Below are positions 55,775-59,500 of a stretch of 59,500 nt of DNA, piece after piece. The translations under genes and the position numbers were made by a program. The stretch lies in the UHGV virus genome UHGV-0209830; one strand, given 5' to 3'. Origin of the DNA: a virus. The number at the start of each line of letters is the position of its first letter. Position 1 is the stretch's first letter. The notes beneath the pieces were generated by a model, which worked only from the letters and a program-made list of their open reading frames with translations, was not told where the DNA came from and did not search any database.

Positions 55775-56995
55775 TTTCCCGTAAAGATCTTCTACACCCC
55801 CATTCTTCTTATCCCATTCGTTCGCCCATACCCGGCAAGCGTCAATGATTTCCTGACGACGATCTCCTTGCATGAACGGAATGCTTTCATGGAAACAGCT
55901 TGGAATGCAGGCCACACTGAATACAGTATCAAACTCCGTCTGCTTGATTGCCTCCAGCGTCTCCGGACGCATTTTTAATTCATCGATTGGCGCATCCTTA
56001 GAGTCCATAATCCGGCGATATAAGCGCGGAAAATCCGTCTCCAGGTACGCCATAATTTTATCTGCGAGACATTCGTCTATGTCGGTATTCCAGTCCTTTT
56101 CGAAGCCCGGCAGGCGATAGTAAAGCGGCGTTCCCCATACCGATGGGATCACATCCATCGTTAACAGGCGATTGGTTCTGATTTGTTGATGGTAATTAGC
56201 CGTCAGCAGTGCTTCGCCACGCTGCCCAGTTTCCGCAACCAGGCCGTGCGGATACTCATGGATGTAGGCAATGGCATCCCGCCCATCATACATAAGTGGA
56301 AATGTCTCTGGTCTTTGTCCCATGCCACAAGCACGGTTCAGATCGTGACCAAGCTGTGAGCACTCTCGCTTTAATGTTTCGATAATGCTCTGTGCTGTAG
56401 CCAACTTTTTACGCAGTGTGACGCCTTCGCCTTGATAATCAATGCATTGCTGATTGAGCTTGGTTAAACGCTCTTTTAGTTCCCGGCGCTCTCTTTTCAG
56501 CGTGCGGTTATCCTTCTCCGCAACATCCAGCCGCTTTGTCAGGCTGGGCGGATAGTCTTTTTTGTAACGGTTCAAATCGGCTTCGGCAGATTTACGCAGT
56601 GTATTTGCCTGTTCAAGACGCGCTTCCAGATTGCCGATCTCATTACGCATATTCACGGCAAATTGATTAACTGCATCACCCAGGCTTTCAACTGTCGCTG
56701 ATACGCCTGTGACTTGTGAAAAACGGATCAAGCCATCATTAACGGCTTGTTGGTATTCCTCAAACTGATCCACCAGCTTATTGTAATCAACTGCCCCATC
56801 ATCAAGCAGCTTGTTGATTTCCGCCACCAGGTTATCTGTAGTGGCAATGACACTCTCGTGCAGTCGCTTTGACAGGTCATCACCCGGATTCCGTTTCTGT
56901 ATAAGAGCGATTTGTGTGCGCAGCGTTTCAATTGCTGTCGAGATAATTTCCAGATTAGAAGTATCAGTGTGTTGACTCATTGCTGTTCCCGTCAC
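55772..56995 (-). CDS. Hypothetical protein with coiled coil (407 aa)
   Basis: ORF track; operator-like motif just upstream. Confidence 0.55.
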   Translation of the reverse strand: MTGTAMSQHTDTSNLEIISTAIETLRTQIALIQKRNPGDDLSKRLHESVIATTDNLVAEINKLLDDGAVDYNKLVDQFEEYQQAVNDGLIRFSQVTGVSATVESLGDAVNQFAVNMRNEIGNLEARLEQANTLRKSAEADLNRYKKDYPPSLTKRLDVAEKDNRTLKRERRELKERLTKLNQQCIDYQGEGVTLRKKLATAQSIIETLKRECSQLGHDLNRACGMGQRPETFPLMYDGRDAIAYIHEYPHGLVAETGQRGEALLTANYHQQIRTNRLLTMDVIPSVWGTPLYYRLPGFEKDWNTDIDECLADKIMAYLETDFPRLYRRIMDSKDAPIDELKMRPETLEAIKQTEFDTVFSVACIPSCFHESIPFMQGDRRQEIIDACRVWANEWDKKNGGVEDLYGK

Positions 56996-57005
56996 CTTGT
57001 TAAAT

Positions 57006-57022
57006 TAGTTTTCTAACATATT
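57006..57022. promoter_or_regulatory. Operator-like motif copy upstream of ORF 56995
   Basis: agttttctaacatattt. Confidence 0.4.
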
Positions 57023-57060
57023 TTATTAGTTTGATGACGGTATCGGAAGATGCAATAAAC

Positions 57061-57088
57061 AAAAAACCCGCTAATTGGCGGGTTTTTA
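57061..57088. terminator. Rho-independent terminator (bidirectional-type)
   Basis: aaaaaacccgc-taattg-gcgggttttt. Confidence 0.7.
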
Positions 57089-57093
57089 TGCAA

Positions 57094-57408
57094 TTACTGT
57101 GTTGCAGCCTCATAAATAAGATACGCGATAAATACAGGTACGATGGCCCATTGCAGCAATGAAAGTAGCCTCATTACTGTTATTGGGGTAACTCCATCCA
57201 CGTATTGTTTCTCTGACATTTTCCCTAACCAACTAACCGACAACAGTGCCGAGTTTTCACCCAATTCCAGCTCTCTGAGAGCTTCACGGATTAACGGCGC
57301 TGTCACAGCCTTAACCGGTGTGCTCAACGTGATACTCCGCGTCCTCCCCGCATCGTCAGCGAACGCCAGACTCACATAATATTTTTTGCTCAATGTACAA
57401 ACTCCCAA
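57094..57408 (-). CDS. Hypothetical protein with C-terminal TM helix (start uncertain)
   Basis: ORF track; possible shorter start at MSEKQY; followed by terminator. Confidence 0.35.
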   Translation of the reverse strand: MGVCTLSKKYYVSLAFADDAGRTRSITLSTPVKAVTAPLIREALRELELGENSALLSVSWLGKMSEKQYVDGVTPITVMRLLSLLQWAIVPVFIAYLIYEAATQ

Positions 57409-57590
57409 TCATCAGCGCTTGCACTTTCCGGGGTTATGTGAACCTTATCGCCAGTAACAATATTGCGAGCTTCAAAACTTCCATTGATACGTTTCGAGAT
57501 CTCAATACATAGAGCCTGTTGCCATGAGCGACGCCGAGCGATAGCATTAGTTCCTGCAGGGATAAGTTCAGCCACGTTAAGTAAACGCAA
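57390..57590 (-). CDS. Hypothetical small protein (66 aa)
   Basis: ORF track. Confidence 0.3.
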   Translation of the reverse strand: MRLLNVAELIPAGTNAIARRRSWQQALCIEISKRINGSFEARNIVTGDKVHITPESASADDWEFVH

Positions 57591-57604
57591 AACGATTTCT
57601 CCGT

Positions 57605-58048
57605 TTAATCAAGATTTACATATTCCGTGATAGCTTTTATGGCTTCATCGGCACTGCGCGCCTCAAAGCAGTAATAGCCTGCTTCCGTGAGGCGAGTCAT
57701 CCAGACGAGCTGTTCGGGAGTCAGACGGTTTCTCCCGTGCTTCATCTCAATGCGCATTCCGTGATACCCACCACGAGCAAGGTCAATAGAAAGGTCCGGA
57801 TAGCCCTTCTTCTGACCTTCTGCCACCATCTTAATGGCTGTCCTTTTGCCTCTCAGGCCGCCGTTCGGTGTTGAGTGTGTGTGCTCATACACGTATCGCA
57901 TGTTGCGATACAGCCAATCCAGAACGCGAACCTGTTCGTAATGTTCGTAATTCCGTTTTAATAAGTCAGGATTTCTTTCTAACTCTCTCAGTGCAGCAGC
58001 GTGCGGGGATATTTCAGAATACGCACTATGATGCCTGCGTCTTCGCAT
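57605..58048 (-). CDS. VRR-NUC domain nuclease
   Basis: GYPDLSIDL...GYHGMRIEMKHG...LTPEQLVWM pattern. Confidence 0.6.
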   Translation of the reverse strand: MRRRRHHSAYSEISPHAAALRELERNPDLLKRNYEHYEQVRVLDWLYRNMRYVYEHTHSTPNGGLRGKRTAIKMVAEGQKKGYPDLSIDLARGGYHGMRIEMKHGRNRLTPEQLVWMTRLTEAGYYCFEARSADEAIKAITEYVNLD

Positions 58049-58066
58049 CAGTTTTCTAACACAAAG
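58049..58066. promoter_or_regulatory. Operator-like motif copy abutting VRR-NUC start
   Basis: cagttttctaacacaaag. Confidence 0.4.
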
Positions 58067-58258
58067 TTCCTTAAATCATGAACACGATAATAACAAGATC
58101 GTTAGCTTTATCAAAATCGAGGGGAATACTACTAAAGAGATAGGTGAATGCAACAGGTCGGACTTGTTTTTAGAATAAATGGTGATGCGGGTCAACAAGC
58201 CGGGTAAATTGTATGTCATTTACCCAACTTGTTATTTTTAATGGTTTACTTTATCCGG

Positions 58259-58498
58259 TTAGTTAATTTCCGTAACCGCCTTGTCGATAGCAATCATCCA
58301 TCCTTCATAGGATAAATCATCAACAAGCCCCACCAGCTTATCGTCAGTGTGCGGAAAACAAATCCATCCCCATTTCGAAGGGTTTTCTATATGCCGCAGG
58401 GTAAATACTCGCTTATAACGGTGGTATTCAAGGGCGTATCCCTTCCCTTGTGAGTACGCTTTTAAGTCGTCGATCGTAAACCTACGATTCTTTCGCAT
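58259..58498 (-). CDS. Hypothetical protein (79 aa)
   Basis: ORF track. Confidence 0.4.
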   Translation of the reverse strand: MRKNRRFTIDDLKAYSQGKGYALEYHRYKRVFTLRHIENPSKWGWICFPHTDDKLVGLVDDLSYEGWMIAIDKAVTEIN

Positions 58499-58500
58499 GG

Positions 58501-58935
58501 CTACCCCACGATTCGATATTTCTCTATAGACTCGTCGTAACTTGTGTATACGTATGGCTCTGTATCATCAGCATAAAGCGCGACTTCCAGAGCATGAACA
58601 GGATTGTATACCGCGTCATTTTCCAGGCGATCGCTCGAATACAGATGCCCAGCCAAAACCGTAAGCGCCGGGCGACTCATTTTGTAGATCTCTGCCACAT
58701 CACTATCTACAACTTGTCCAAATGATATGTCGCCGCGCTCCAGCAATAACGTTTTAAGCGCAGGCCACCACGGCCCATAAAGGTGATAAAGCTGTGGATC
58801 TCGTTTCAGCCTTTCCACCATGCCATTCAGATATGCATCCAGAAATGCCTCTTCACTCCTGCCATTGAGCGCCTGCGGCAAAATGTCCTCAAGGTAGGAT
58901 TCCGTTGGTTTTACTGTGTCGATCAATGTTGTCAT
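58501..58935 (-). CDS. Hypothetical protein (144 aa)
   Basis: ORF track. Confidence 0.45.
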   Translation of the reverse strand: MTTLIDTVKPTESYLEDILPQALNGRSEEAFLDAYLNGMVERLKRDPQLYHLYGPWWPALKTLLLERGDISFGQVVDSDVAEIYKMSRPALTVLAGHLYSSDRLENDAVYNPVHALEVALYADDTEPYVYTSYDESIEKYRIVG

Positions 58936-58971
58936 TTTAATTCGGCCTCTTTCGAGGCCGCTCCATATCTG

Positions 58972-59487
58972 TTAAGCCGCCGCTTCAATGATTTTACGCA
59001 CTTCATCAATTGAATAGCGCGTCGATACCATCCAGGCCGGACGGTCAAAGTCCACATCGGCAACCGGGTTAACTTCGAAGTTCCAGAAACGCCCACCGAT
59101 TTTCTTGATGGCATCTTTTGCGTTGCGAATAGATGAAGATCCGGGCATATCTGCAATGAGATAAACAGCACCAGCGTCTTCACTTACGCTCCACCAGCGA
59201 CCGCGGACACGTGCTTTGGCGCGAATAGGCTTATCGTTTACCACGATAATGTAATCATCATTTGCTGCCTCGTCAGCCTTGTTCTCAGCAGCATCAGCCT
59301 GTTCTTCCCGTTCAGTCTTAGCCGCCGCAAGACGTTCAGCAATCTCTGACTCCGTAGCGCCACTATTTTTAAGCGACACAAAGTCATCCCACGTTGCAGA
59401 TTTCAGAGCATCAGGCAACTCTTCCACATACCCGCCCGCTTTTAAGGCGTTAGCATGGCGTATAGCCATCCCGACAAGACGATTCAA
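58972..59487 (-). CDS. Hypothetical protein, start uncertain (frame stays open to window edge)
   Basis: ORF track; no stop between 59487 and 59500 in frame. Confidence 0.4.
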   Translation of the reverse strand: MNRLVGMAIRHANALKAGGYVEELPDALKSATWDDFVSLKNSGATESEIAERLAAAKTEREEQADAAENKADEAANDDYIIVVNDKPIRAKARVRGRWWSVSEDAGAVYLIADMPGSSSIRNAKDAIKKIGGRFWNFEVNPVADVDFDRPAWMVSTRYSIDEVRKIIEAAA

Positions 59488-59500
59488 GCTATCTGCATCT

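Larger units (their letters stand above)
1..59500. mobile_element. Segment of a P1-like phage-plasmid (myovirus structural, packaging, recombination and plasmid-maintenance modules)
   Basis: Co-occurrence of hot, humD, phd-doc, Cre/lox-like, pacA/pacB, tRNA-Asn/Thr/Ile, contractile-tail genes, plus iteron replicon and partition operons. Confidence 0.8.

Noticed and set aside
1-59500. Transposase, insertion sequence, integrase or reverse transcriptase genes; rRNA genes; CRISPR arrays
   Set aside because: No ORF showed DDE transposase, serine recombinase or RT motifs on reading, and no spacer-repeat arrays were seen; the only recombinase is the Cre-like gene.

Overview
The window reads as a segment of a P1-like contractile-tailed phage-plasmid from an enterobacterial host. 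All calls are from reading the sequence and the ORF track by eye; no searches were run. P1 hallmarks present: hot, LexA-boxed humD, phd-doc, a Cre-like recombinase with a lox-like site, pacA-pacB with a GATC cluster inside pacA, an Lpa-like gene, Dam and Dcm methylases, tRNA-Ile(CAU)/Thr/Asn on the minus strand, tail sheath, tube, baseplate spike and PAAR tip, and overlapping spanins. What departs from P1 as I remember it: an F RepE-type iteron replicon sitting inside the tail gene block, two partition operons side by side (ParM/ParR and a small ParA with an RHH partner), an apparently intact E. coli-type glnS, rdgC, a HigB/HigA pair, dUTPase, and a protein carrying a ClpX-type zinc-binding domain. 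The most unusual region is 51.85-55.77 kb, which is almost ORF-free and holds the tRNAs, an atypical tRNA-Ser(UGA)-like gene, a tRNA-like remnant, and short hairpins with a constant loop and covarying stems. A TGTGTTAGAAAAT-like motif recurs upstream of at least 11 genes and looks like a dispersed repressor operator. CDS coordinates come from the ORF track, with starts trimmed where an internal ATG plus RBS is clearly better; the track also uses GTG/TTG starts. Coordinates I derived myself for RNAs, repeats and sites are approximate (about 2 bp). No transposase, CRISPR array or rRNA was seen.
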